Of a DNA stretch of 64,000 nt, positions 20,247 to 32,755 are shown piece after piece. The first letter of the stretch is position 1; every line of letters starts with the position of its first letter. The stretch is taken from the NCBI GenBank assembly GCA_039621445.1, contig CP154954.1:36193703-36257702 (forward strand), given 5' to 3'. The notes under the pieces are model-generated. The model was not told the origin of the DNA, made no database searches, and saw nothing but the letters and a program-made list of their open reading frames with translations. The translations under genes and the position numbers were made by a program. This stretch comes from Euglena gracilis (taxonomy: Eukaryota).

Positions 20247-23200
20247 GCCCCGGCTAGAGGTCGGCGATCCTTTCCCTAACTGTCGCGAAGGGCGGCGGGC
20301 GGATAGGCGCAATTTTGCCCGCGGCGGGCGTGCGTAAAACGCAGCAGTTACCGCCCGGGAGGCGCAAAATAGCACGTAATTAACGGACGCCCCAAATCAC
20401 TTCATTTTTCGGTCATTTTCGGCCAAAGTCGGCTGCGGCGGCCCTCCAAAAACGAGCGCTCTGCCCTGGCTAGAGGTCGGCGATCCTTCCCCTAACTGTT
20501 GCGAAGGGCGGCGGGCGGATAGGCGCAATTTTGCCCGCGGCGGGCGTGCGTAAAACGCAGCAGTTACCGCCCGGGAGGCGCAACATAGCACGTAATTAAC
20601 GGACGCCCCAAAGGGACGTCATTTTTCGGTCATTTTCGGCCAAAGTCGGCTGCGGCGGTCCCCCAAAAACGAGCGCTCTGCCCCGGCTAGAGGTCGGCGA
20701 TCCTTTCCCTAACTGTTCCGAAGGGCGGCGGGCGGATAGGCGCAATTTTGCCCGCGGCGGGCGTGCGTAAAACGTAGCAGTTACCGCCCGGGAGGCGCAA
20801 AACAGCACGTAATTAACAGACGCCCCAAATAACGTCATTTTTCGGTCATTTTCGGCCAAAGTGGGCTGCGGCGGCCCTCCCAAAACGAGCGCTCTGCCCC
20901 GGCTAGAGTTCGGCGATCCTTTCCCTAACGGTTGCGAAGGGCGGCGGGCGGATAGGCGCAATTTTGCCCGCGGCGGGCGTGCGTAAAACGCAGCAGTTAC
21001 CGCCCGGGAGGCGCAAAACAGCACGTAATTAACGGACGCCCCAAATAACGTCATTTTTCGGCCAAAATCGGCTGCGGCGGCCCTCCCAAAACGAGCGCTC
21101 TGCCCCGGCTAGAGGTCGGCGATCCTTTCCCTAACAGTTGCGAAGGGCGGCGGGCAGATAGGCGCAATTTTGCCCGCGGCAGTCGTGCGTAAAACGTAGC
21201 AGTTACCGCCCGGGAGGCGCAAAACAGCACGTAATTAACGGACGCCCCAAATAACGTCATTCTCGGTCATTTTCGGCCAAAGTCGGCTGCGTCGGCCCTC
21301 CAAAAACGAGCGCTCTGCCCCGGCTAGAGGTCGGCGATCCTTTCCCTAACAGTTGCGAAGGGCGGCGGGCGGATAGGCTCAACTTTGCCCGCGCCGGGCG
21401 TGCGCAAAACGCAGCAGTTACCGCCCGGGAGGCGCAAAATCGCACGTAATTAACGAACGCCCCAAATAACGTCATTTTTCGGTCATTTTCGGCCGAAATC
21501 GCTGCGGCGGCCCTCCCAAAACAAGCGCTCTGCCCCGGCTAGAGGTCGGCGATCCTTTCCCTAACAGTTGCGAAGGGCGGCGGGCGGATAGGCGCAATTT
21601 TGCCCGAGGCGGGCGTGCGTAAAACGCAGCAGTTACCGCCCGGGAGGCGCAAAAACCACTTAATTAACAGACGCCCCAAATAACGTCATTTTTCGGTCAT
21701 TTTCGGCCAAAATCGGCAGCGGCGGCCCTCCCAAAACGAGCGCTCTGCCCCGGCTAGAGGTCGGCGATCCTTTCCCTAACTGTTGCGAAGGGCGGCGGGC
21801 GGATAGGCGCAATTTTGCCCGCGGCGGGCGTGCGTAAAACGCAGCAGTTACCGCCCGGGAGGCGCAAAATAGCACGTAATTAACGAACGCCCCAAATACC
21901 GTCATTTTTCGGTCATTTTCGGCCAAAGTGGGCTGCGGCGGCCCTCCCAAAACGAGCGCTCTGCCCCGGCTAGAGGTCGGTGATCCTTTCCCTAACTGTT
22001 GCGAAGGGCGGCGGGCGGATAGGCACAACTTTGCCCGCGGCGGGCGTGCGTAAAACGCAGCAGTTACCGCCCGGGAGGCGCAAAATCGCACGTAATTAAC
22101 GAACGCCCCAAATAACGTCATTTTTCGGTCATTTTCGGCCGAAATCGCTGCGGCGACCCTCCCAAAACAAGCGCTCTGCCCCGGCTAGAGGTCAGCGATC
22201 CTTTCCCTAATTGTTGCGAAGGGCGGCGGGCGGATAGGCGCAATTTTGCCCGCGGCGGGCGTGCGTAAAACGCAGCAGTTACCGCCCGGGAGGCGCAAAA
22301 CAGCACGTAATTAACGAACGTCCCAAATAACGTCATTTTTCGGTCATTTTCGGCCAAAGTGGGCTGCGGCGGTCCTCCAAAAACGAGCGCTCTGCCCCGG
22401 CTAGAGGTCGGCGATCCTTTCCCTAACTGTTGCGAACGGCGGCGGGCGGATAGGCGCAATTTTGCCCGCGGCGGGCGTGCGTAAAACGCAGCAGTTACCG
22501 CCCGGGAGGCGCAAAATAGCACGTAATTAACGAACGCCCCAAATAACGTCATTTTTCGGTCATTTTCGGCCAAAATCGGCTGCGGCGGCCCTCCCAAAAC
22601 GAGCGCTCTGCCCCGGCTAGAGGTCGGCGATCCTTTCCCTAACTGTTGCGAAGGGCGGCGGGCGGATAGGCGCAATTTTGCCCGCGGCGGGCGTGCGTAA
22701 AACGCAGCAGTTACCGCCCAGGAGGCGCAAAATAGCACGTAATTAACGGACGCTCCAAATAACGTCATTTTTCGGTCATTTTCGGCCAAAATCGGCTGCG
22801 GCGGCCCTCCAAAAACGAGCGCTCTGCCCCGGCTAGAGGTCGGCGATCCTTTCCCTAACAGTTGCGAAGGGCGGCGGGCGGATAGGCGCAATTTTGCCCG
22901 CGGCGGGCGTGCGTAAAACGCAGCAGTTACCGCCCGGGAGGCGCAAAACGGCACGTAATTAACAGACGCCCCAAATAACGTCTTTTTTCGGTCATTTTCG
23001 GCCAAAGTGGGCTCCGGCGGCCCTCCCAAAACGAGCGCTCTGCCCCGGCTAGAGGTCAGCGATCCTTTCCCTAATGGTTGCGAAGGGCGGCGGGCGGATA
23101 GGCGCAATTTTGCCCGCGGCGGGCGTGCGTAAAACGCAGCAGTTACCGCCCGGGAGGCGCAAAACGGCACGTAATTAACAGACGCCCCAAATAACGTCAT

Positions 23201-26200
23201 TTTTCGGTCATTTTCGGCCAAAGTGGGCTGCGGCGGCCCTCCCAAAACGAGCGCTCTCCCCCGGCTAGAGGTCAGCCATCCTTTCCCTAATGGTTGCGAA
23301 GGGCGGCGGGCGGATAGGCGCAATTTTGCCCGCGGCGGGCGTGCGTAAAACGCAGCAGTTACCGCCCGGGAGGTGCAAAATAGCACGTAATTAACGAACG
23401 CCCCAAATAACGTCATTTTTCGGTCATTTTCGGCCAAAATCAGCTGCGGCGGCCCTCCCAAAAACGAGCGCTCTGCCCCGGCTAGAGGTCGGCGATCCTT
23501 TCCCTAACTGTTGCGAAGGGCGGCGGGCGGATAGGCGCAACTTTGCCCGCGGCGGGCGGGCGTAAAACGCAGCAGTTACCGCCCGGGAGGCGCAAAATAG
23601 CACGTAATTAACGAACGCCCCAAATAACGTCAATTTTCGGTCATTTTCGGCCAAAGTCGGCTGCGGCGGTCCCCCAAAAACGAGCGCTCTGCCCCGGCTA
23701 GAGGTCGGCGATCCTTTCCCTAACTGTTCCGAAGGGCGGCGGGCGGATAGGCGCAATTTTGCCCGCGGCGGGCGTGCGTAAAACGTAGCAGTTACCGCCC
23801 GGGAGGCGCAAAACAGCACGTAATTAACAGACGCCCCAAATAACGTCATTTTTCGGTCATTTTCGGCCAAAGTGGGCTGCGGCGGCCCTCCCAAAACGAG
23901 CGCTCTGCCCCGGCTAGAGTTCGGCGATCCTTTCCCTAACGGTTGCGAAGGGCGGCGGGCGGATAGGCGCAATTTTGCCCGCGGCGGGCGTGAGTAAAAC
24001 GCAGCAGTTACCGCCCGGGAGGCGCAAAACAGCACGTAATTAACGGACGCCCCAAATAACGTCATTTTTCGGCCAAAATCGGCTGCGGCGGCGGCCCTCC
24101 CAAAACGAGCGCTCTGCCCCGGCTAGAGGTCGGCGATCCTTTCCCTAACAGTTGCGAAGGGCGGCGGGCGGATAGGCTCAACTTTGCCCGCGCCGGGCGT
24201 GCTCAAAACGCAGCAGTTACCGCCCGGGAGGCGCAAAATCGCACGTAATTAACGAACGCCCCAAATAACGTCATTTTTCGGTCATTTTCGGCCAAAATCG
24301 GCAGCGGCGGCACTCCCAAAACGAGCGCTCTGCCCCGGCTAGAGGTCGGCGATCCTTTTCCTAACTGTTGCGAAGGGCGGCGGGCGGACAGGCTCAACTT
24401 TGCCCGCGGCGGGCGTGCGCAAAACGCAGCAGTTACCGCCCGGGAGGCGCAAAACAGCACGTAATTAACGAACCCCCAAATAACGTCATTTTTCGGTCAT
24501 TTTCGGCCAAAGTGGGCTGCGGCGTTCCTCCAAAAACGAGCGCTCTGCCCCGGCTAGAGGTCGGCGATCCTTTCCCTAACTGTTGCGAAGGGCGGCGGGC
24601 GGATAGGCGCAATTTTGCCCGCGGCGGGCGTGCGTAAAACGCAGCAGTTACCGCCCGGGAGGCGCAAAATAGCACGTAATTAACGAACGCCCCAAATAAC
24701 GTCATTTTTCAGTCATTTTCGGCCAAAATCGGCTGCGGCGGCCCTCCCAAAACGAGCGCTCTGCCCCGGCTAGAGGTCGGCGAGCCTTTCCCTAATTGTT
24801 GCGAAGGGCGGCGGGCGGATAGGCGCAATTTTGCCCGATGCGGGCGTGCGTAAAACGCAGCAGTTACCGCCCGGGAGGCGCAAAAACCACTTAATTAACA
24901 GACGCCCCAAATAACGTCATTTTTCGGTCATTTTCGGCCAAAGTGGGCTGCGGCGGTCCTCCAAAAACGAGCGCTCTGCCCCGGCTAGAGGTCGGCGATC
25001 CTTTCCCTAACTGTTGCGAAGGGCGGCGGGCGGATAGGCGCAATTTTGTCCGCGGCGGGCGTGCGTAAAACGCAGCAGTTACCGCCCGGGAGGCGCAAAA
25101 CAGCACGTAATTAACGAACGCCCCAAATAACGTCATTTTTCGGTCATTTTCGGCCGAAATCGCTGCGGCGACCCTCCCAAAACAAGCGCTCTGCCCCGGC
25201 TAGAGGTCAGCGATCCTTTCCCTAATTGTTGCGAAGGGCGGCGGGCGGATAGGCGCAATTTTGCCTGCGGCGGGGGTGCGTAAAACGCAGCAGTTACCGC
25301 CCGGGAGGCGCAAAATAGCACGTAATTAACGAACGCCCCAAATAACGTCATTTTTTGGTCATTTTCGGCCAAAATCGGCTGCGGCGGCCCTCCCAAAACG
25401 AGCGCTCTGCCCCGGCTAGAGGTCGGCGATCCTTTCCCTAACTGTTGCGAAGGGCGGCGGGCGGACAGGCTCAACTTTGCCCGCGGCGGGCGTGCGCAAA
25501 ACGCAGCAGTTACCGCCCGGGAGGCGCAAAACAGCACGTAATTAACGAACGTCCCAAATAACGTCATTTTTCGGTCATTTTCGGCCAAAGTGGGCTGCGG
25601 CGGTCCTCCAAAAACGAGCGCTCTGCCCCGGCTAGAGGTCGGCGATCCTTTCCCTAACTGTTGCGAAGGGCGGCGGGCGGATAGGCGCAATTTTGCCCGC
25701 GGCGGGCGTGCGTAAAACGCAGCAGTTACCGCCCGGGAGGCGCAAAATAGCACGTAATTAACGAACGCCCCAAATAACGTCATTTTTCGGTCATTTTCGG
25801 CCAAAATCGGCTGCGGCGGCCCTCCCAAAACGAGCGCTCTGCCCCGGCTAGAGGTCGGCGATCCTTTCCCTAATGGTTGCGAAGGGCGGCGGGCGGATAG
25901 GCGCAATTTTGCCCGCGGCGGGCGTGCGTAAAACGCATCAGTTACCGCCCAGGAGGCACAAAATAGCACGTAATTAACGAACGCCCCAAATAACGTCAAT
26001 TTTCGGTCATTTTCGGCCAAAGTCGGCTGCGGCGGTCCCCCAAAAACGAGCGCTCTGCCCCGGCTAGAGGTCGGCGATCCTTTCCCTAACTGTTCCGAAG
26101 GGCGGCGGGCGGATAGGCGCAATTTTGCCCGCGGCGGGCGTGCGTAAAACGTAGCAGTTACCGCCCGGGAGGCGCAAAACAGCACGTAATTAACAGACGC

Positions 26201-28233
26201 CCCAAATAACGTCATTTTTCGGTCATTTTCGGCCAAAGTGGGCTGCGGCGGCCCTCCCAAAACGAGCGCTCTGCCCCGGCTAGAGTTCGGCGATCCTTTC
26301 CCTAACGGTTGCGAAGGGCGGCGGGCGGATAGGCGCAATTTTGCCCGCGGCGGGCGTGAGTAAAACGCAGCAGTTACCGCCCGGGAGGCGCAAAACAGCA
26401 CGTAATTAACGGACGCCCCAAATAACGTCATTTTTCGGCCAAAATCGGCTGCGGCGGCCCTCCCAAAACGAGCGCTCTGCCCCGGCTAGAGGTCGGCGAT
26501 CCTTTCCCTAACAGTTGCGAAGGGCGGCGGGCGGATAGGCTCAACTTTGCCCGCGCCGGGCGTGCGCAAAACGCAGCAGTTACCGCCCGGGAGGCGCAAA
26601 ATCGCACGTAATTAACGAACGCCCCAAATAACGTCATTTTTCGGTCATTTTCGGCCAAAATCGGCAGCGGCGGCACTCCCAAAACGAGCGCTCTGCCCCG
26701 GCTAGAGGTCGGAGATCCTTTCCTAACTGTTGCGAAGGGCGGCGGGCGGACAGGCTCAACTTTGCCCGCGGCGGGCGTGCGCAAAACGCAGCAGTTACCG
26801 CCCGGGAGGCGCAAAACAGCACGTAATTAACGAACCCCCAAATAACGTCATTTTTCGGTCATTTTCGGCCAAAGTGGGCTGCGGCGTTCCTCCAAAAACG
26901 AGCGCTCTGCCCCGGCTAGAGGTCGGCGATCCTTTCCCTAACTGTTGCGAAGGGCGGCGGGCGGATAGGCGCAATTTTGCCCGCGGCGGGCGTGCGTAAA
27001 ACGCAGCAGTTACCGCCCGGGAGGCGCAAAATAGCACGTAATTAACGAACGCCCCAAATAACGTCATTTTTCAGTCATTTTCGGCCAAAATCGGCTGCGG
27101 CGGCCCTCCCAAAACGAGCGCTCTGCCCCGGCTAGAGGTCGGCGATCCTTTCCCTAATTGTTGCGAAGGGCGGCGGGCGGATAGGCGCAATTTTGCCCGA
27201 TGCGGGCGTGCGTAAAACGCAGCAGTTACCGCCCGGGAGGCGCAAAAACCACTTAATTAACAGACGCCCCAAATAACGTCATTTTTCGGTCATTTTCGGC
27301 CAAAGTGGGCTGCGGCGGTCCTCCAAAAACGAGCGCTCTGCCCCGGCTAGAGGTCGGCGATCCTTTCCCTAACTGTTGCGAAGGGCGGCGGGCGGATAGG
27401 CGCAATTTTGTCCGCGGCGGGCGTGCGTAAAACGCAGCAGTTACCGCCCGGGAGGCGCAAAACAGCACGTAATTAACGAACGCCCCAAATAACGTCATTT
27501 TTCGGTCATTTTCGGCCGAAATCGCTGCGGCGACCCTCCCAAAACAAGCGCTCTGCCCCGGCTAGAGGTCAGCGATCCTTTCCCTAATTGTTGCAAAGGG
27601 CGGCGGGCGGATAGGCGCAATTTTGCCTGCGGCGGGCGTGCGCAAAACGCAGCAGTTACCGCCCGGGAGGCGCAAAATAGCACGTAATTAACGAACGGCC
27701 CAAATAACGTCATTTTTTTGGACATTTTCGGCCAAAGTCGGCTGCGGCGGCCCTCCCAAAACGAGCGCTCTGCCCCGGCTAGAGGTCGGCGATCCTTTCC
27801 CTAACTGTTGCGAAGGGCGGCGGGCGGACAGGCTCAACTTTGCCCGCGGCGGGCGTGCGCAAAACGCAGCAGTTACCGCCCGGGAGGCGCAAAACAGCAC
27901 GTAATTAACGAACGTCCCAAATAACGTCATTTTTCGGTCATTTTCGGCCAAAGTGGGCTGCGGCGGTCCTCCAAAAACGAGCGCTCTGCCCCGGCTAGAG
28001 GTCGGCGATCCTTTCCCTAACTGTTGCGAAGGGCGGCGGGCGGATAGGCGCAAATTTGCCCGCGGCGGGCGTGCGTAAAACGCAGCAGTTACCGCCCGGG
28101 AGGAGCAAAATAGCACGTAATTAACGGACGCCCCAAATAACGTCATTTTCGGTCATTTTCGGCCAAATCGGCTGCGGCGGCCCTCCAAAAACGAGCGCCC
28201 TTCCCCGGCTAGAGGTCGGCGATCCTTTCCCTA
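20247..28233 (-). repeat. Satellite A subfamily A2, reverse orientation, about 37 copies, homogeneous
   Basis: Diagnostic CACGTAATTAACG (replacing CACGTTGGTAACG), GGATAGGCG, TTTCCCTAAC and CGGTCATTTT in nearly every copy. Confidence 0.98.
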
Positions 28234-28987
28234 GTTTCCAGTTGTGGTGCATCATGGGATACCCCATGGATGGCCATGTGGTTGAGTGGATTCCCGCTCC
28301 TAGAATGCACACAACACCGCAAAATTCTTCCCCCCTCAAACTTCCACTAATCATCACTTTTACATACCGTTTTCGATGACAGCAACACCGTTTTCAACAA
28401 CACCAACACCGTTTTCAACCCGTGGTAAAGAGAAAGTGCCCCCCCTACACACCGCATATCCACAAACGTTCCACGTGCGGTAGGGGTAACTAGTAGCTTA
28501 ACCCGGATCGTTTCACTGGTTTCCCAGACGCAAGCCACACGGCCTGAAATTGGAATGGTGTCGAGTAGTCGCCCAGCTGCTTTCATTTTTCGTTTTCAAC
28601 CAGGTTTGTCGATTGCAGACAAGCCTGTACACCCCCCGCAGCTCAAATTCGCATACAATTTTTCTTACACACTCCCCCCCCCCCAGACCGACATGCGCGA
28701 CCAGGACAACTACTCCGCACTTCCCCGACATGGTGTGCACTCTGGGAGAACTTTCCACACAATCACCAACCAAACACAAAGGTGAATATATACATCAAAA
28801 CTAATCCCCCCACACTCTATCTCCAACGGAGAGCTCTATTCATTGACCAATTTTTGTCAAGTGCAAGACAAATTCAGCACTATGTGCACATTCCCCCCGA
28901 AGCGCATAGCGCACATCAATGCCGATGCGCATAGCTCACATTCCCCCCCAAGCGCTAATTGCGCACACCGCGCGTCGCGCGAATCCT

Positions 28988-29134
28988 GCGCATATCGCGC
29001 TTAGCCTACCCCTCCCCACGCACATGTTGTGCAGTGAGGCAACTCCCCCCCCCCCGCGCGTATCGCGGCATATCCATATCATGCGCGTATCGCGCTAGAC
29101 CCGGCGCGTATCGCGCCACCCACCTTGGCAACCC
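28988..29134 (+). repeat. Cluster of GCGCRTATCGCG motifs ending in TGGCAACCC, a possible DNA transposon end
   Basis: Motifs at 28988, 29056, 29083 and 29104. TGGCAACCC at 29126-29134. Confidence 0.5.
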
Positions 29135-31080
29135 CCCTTTCTCACAATGTGGTGTGAGCACTATCGTGCATTTATGACACATGGGTATACGCCCAAACCA
29201 CCCATATTCTTTTGGGAATCATTCCCAAAGATATATGTGTGGAAATCCGCAATTCTGTTCATGGATGTTTGTTTCTGTACCACATGCTCAAATTGCAGAT
29301 TTTGTTTGATGACAGCAAACAAGAAGTGAAGTTTTATGTGAATACGGTTTTTTGCCCAATCCACTCCCACACCAAAAATATTTTGGTGTTCCCAAAGCTC
29401 TATAGAGCAACACAAGTCATGTGATGAAGTTTTTGGGATGTATTGCAAATACTGCATTTTTCCCGAAAACTTATCCAACTTGTTCTTAAATAGCAGTTTT
29501 GTGCCTAAATGGCTTTTAATTTGGCAAAATGCAATCCCGATATGGGAAAATGCTCACAATTTCATTTCTTTTATGTGCAACATAGTTACCCCCCCCAAAA
29601 AAAAGAAAATGAAGAAAATTCATTCAAACATGCATTTTTGTGGACTTGACCACTTAGCCTTAGGTCTATGTGACCAATACACCCTATGATGTGCAAGGCC
29701 TATGGGCCATTACCCATGTGGTCCATGGGTCCATAGGACCAATTTGCACAAATTGCAAGGACCAAAAGGACCAAAGGTCCACAAATACATATTATAAAGT
29801 GAAAAGTCCATAGGACCTCAAAAAATGGCACAAAAAGCCATATTACATGGCTGAAAGTGGCTGAACTGGCCAAAACAAGCCAAATAGGCTAGTTTTATGC
29901 AGATTTGCATAAGTGTCACTTTGGCATAGCCTCAAAACCACCACAAAGCTTCAAAATTTCTGGCACCTAGTGCCAAGAGGTTTTGACTGTATGTAGCAGT
30001 GCCTATGAGATAGAAACCAAAAGTTGTCTTTGTAGAATAAATTATGGACGCTCATAGCAAAAGCTCACTCACACAGTCAAAAGATCAAAGACGTATCTCA
30101 GCGTCAGTAGCTGGCCGATAGGCCATGTTACCCCTCATTCGAAAGCTCGTTGGACGAGCCGTTCAGCGATGCTATCAGATCGCTGTAACTCTGCACGGTA
30201 CTCTTATTTGAAGAGATCGTGAAATTTTGAATTAGGCCCAGCCAATTTGGCCAAAAGCCAAATATGGGGCCAAATCTTGTACGAACATGTACCAGACTGG
30301 CAAATCGGCCTGAAAGGCTTCTATACTGTTCCCTACATCGTTTCTGATGGCTAATTACCATTGGTTACCAGATTGGCTAATGGACATTTTTTAGTACCTT
30401 TGGCAGCATTCTGCCCATTGCCCCCTCTGTATGGGCTATTAGGCCTGGTACAGTTCAGAGGGCTATAGCCCACAATTTGGAGTCATTTCGACTCACTAGA
30501 ATCATTTTTAGGAGCACTTATGTGCAAATTTTCATTTAAATCATTGATTTTCTGCAATTTTTGGTGATTTTTCCCTATTCTGGCACTCATATCCCTAATG
30601 GGAGTGACCATGAGTCACTATGCCAGAGTGGAATGCAAAGGAATATGCTGATATTGCAATTTTTCCTTTGCTCAAGATGTCATAGACATGTTTTACTTGT
30701 ATTTTTAAGCGTATTTTTGCTTTTTTGCGATATTTTTGCACAATTTAACAGCTTTTTGGGTGATGTGGTATTATTAGACACCCAAATCCCAAAATATATA
30801 CAACAGCAAACATGCAGTGTTATTGGACACTCTCAACAAGCACTATGTGCACTTGGCAAATATGCAGTCTTAAAAGACTCAAAATGCAACAAAGTTGCAC
30901 TTTTGGTTACAAAAACGCAGTTCTCGACGCAGAATCTGCATTTCTGCCCTTAATCCTGATAGGGATTTCCCTAAAAATATGACAAAAGTCAGTATTTCTT
31001 AGTGACATAGTCACCAATGATAAGATTTTGTCATATTTGCATCATTTTTTTCTGCTTATCACACTAACGGCATTCTTGCC

Positions 31081-31176
31081 ACCCCCCCCCCCACTTTATT
31101 CAGTGGGACCCCCTTACCGATATAATTCGGACCCCCCCACTTTATTCAGTGGGACCCCCTTACCGATATAATTCGG
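31081..31176 (+). repeat. 46 bp tandem duplication
   Basis: CCCCCCCACTTTATTCAGTGGGACCCCCTTACCGATATAATTCGG twice, ending at 31130 and 31176. Confidence 0.95.
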
Positions 31177-32327
31177 AGACCCAATGGTCATCATGTGCAA
31201 CACCAATGGTGTCATTCTGCAAGGTTTATAAGAACCATAGCTCAAAAATGGTGAAATCCAGCTTTTTGTGATGAATTTCACCACACTGGAACAATGTTCC
31301 ATCCTTTTATGTGCATTCACAGTTCATTTGCGGTTTTTCAAAGTGGTATAAGCCACACCAATTACAGTTGTTCTGTGATTTGGCAGCAGCCTGCCACAAT
31401 TCCGCATTTTTTCTGCGGTTGTACACCTCACTATGATTTTTTTGGCAATCTGCCGAATTATTTTGATTCGGGTATACACCCAGTAGTATTTTTGTGCCAT
31501 GCATTTTCCGCAAGGCAAGGTTTCTGGGCGATAAAGCCTACCCCCCATTATTTTTGGCTAAGGCCAACCATTCAGCCTACAGGCTGCACACCCAAGGCAC
31601 AAATGCCAAATCTACAGTTTTTAGGACTACTGCCCGCTATTCTGAGGTATACGCCTCTGGGGATACCCCATCGGCAACATCGTGTCCGTGCCGCGCTGCG
31701 AAGTCTTCCCCAGCGGAAAAGGCCGCCATTAAGAAGACGCACAGCGCACAGCGCGCACACCGTAATAATAGTTCCCAACTTGTTACTTTTCGGCCTTAAG
31801 GCCCCGTAAGACTGCCAGACAGCAAAAATTCTGCCTAAGGCCTTTTGACCAGCCCCCCACTCCTCTCCCGTTCCCCCCCCGGGCAAAATCGCTGTCGCCG
31901 GCAGTTGGTTTTGTAAATAGGCTTTCCTCCCTGGTCAGGTATGACTGGCCAGGTGCCCCCTCCTTCCACACCCTACCCTTCAATCTTTTCCGATTATGGA
32001 ATGAGACCTCCCCGCGTGTCATAGACACACCCCAAACCGGGTGGATGGGACTTTCTGGAATGGAAACCTTCCAGCCCCATTTTCCAATGGGCTCTTCCAC
32101 TTCTACCCCTTTACCGCAATAAGTAGGTAGCCGCATAAGCGGGTAACCTCTTTTGCGCGTTTTGGGTTTGTTGGGTTCCCCTCTCTTCCTTCCTTCCCTT
32201 TCTGGTTTTTTACCTTGTGATGGAGAAGCAGACCCAAGATATGCTTCCCTGGTGTACATTCCTTAGTCTCAGAGCTCTGCTTGAATCCTGGCTGGCCTGG
32301 TCCAGTTAGGAAATCGGGCAAAGCCCT

Positions 32328-32339
32328 GGGAGGGGGATG
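32328..32339 (+). promoter_or_regulatory. Polypurine tract of E4 (GGGAGGGGGATG)
   Basis: Purine run directly before the TGTAC terminus. Confidence 0.6.
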
Positions 32340-32753
32340 TGTACCAGGCGGCATGAACATGGCACTGTGCATAGCAGCAGACTGCAGAATGTACAATGTC
32401 ATGCCAGATAGTACTATTCCTTGTACTGCAATACAAATTGCAGAATTAGGAATAGCCTTCATATCTCGGATCTGCCTTCTCTTTTCACAGGTGGTATTGC
32501 TATTCTGTTTCACATTTCATTAGCCCAAAAGGGCAAACCAAGATTTCAAGTTCAACACTCCGATAGGAGAACATTGGAGGAACGAGTTTCCAAACAAATC
32601 CCTCTCTTTGCCTTGTGCTCTGCATAAGCCCAAAGGCAATAAAAACTAAAAGCTAAGTGAAAGATTTTCTTTTTTGTTACTCTCCTGGTTCTGTTCCCAC
32701 GGGAGGATGTAAGTAGGCCGACAGGCAGTGGGAATAGAGTCAGGGGACGTACA
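32340..32753 (+). mobile_element. LTR4, 3' LTR of element E4, 414 bp
   Basis: Perfect terminal inverted repeat TGTAC...GTACA with a preceding PPT, TTCAAGTTCAA at 32545-32555 and AATAAA at 32638. Ends 2 bp before satellite B starts. Confidence 0.65.
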
Positions 32754-32755
32754 CT

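Larger units (their letters stand above)
28234..32327. other. Unique AT-richer spacer between the two satellites, probably a mosaic of transposon remnants, with the right part likely E4 3' UTR
   Basis: No satellite similarity and no convincing ORF. Contains small motif clusters. Confidence 0.5.

Noticed and set aside
11325-20250. Target-site duplications around E2 and E3
   Set aside because: Each element keeps only one intact end, so a duplication cannot be assessed.
28234-32327. Short ORFs in the spacer (e.g. 30561-30953, 31294-31809, 31783-32259)
   Set aside because: No recognisable domains or protein-like composition, and lengths are compatible with chance.
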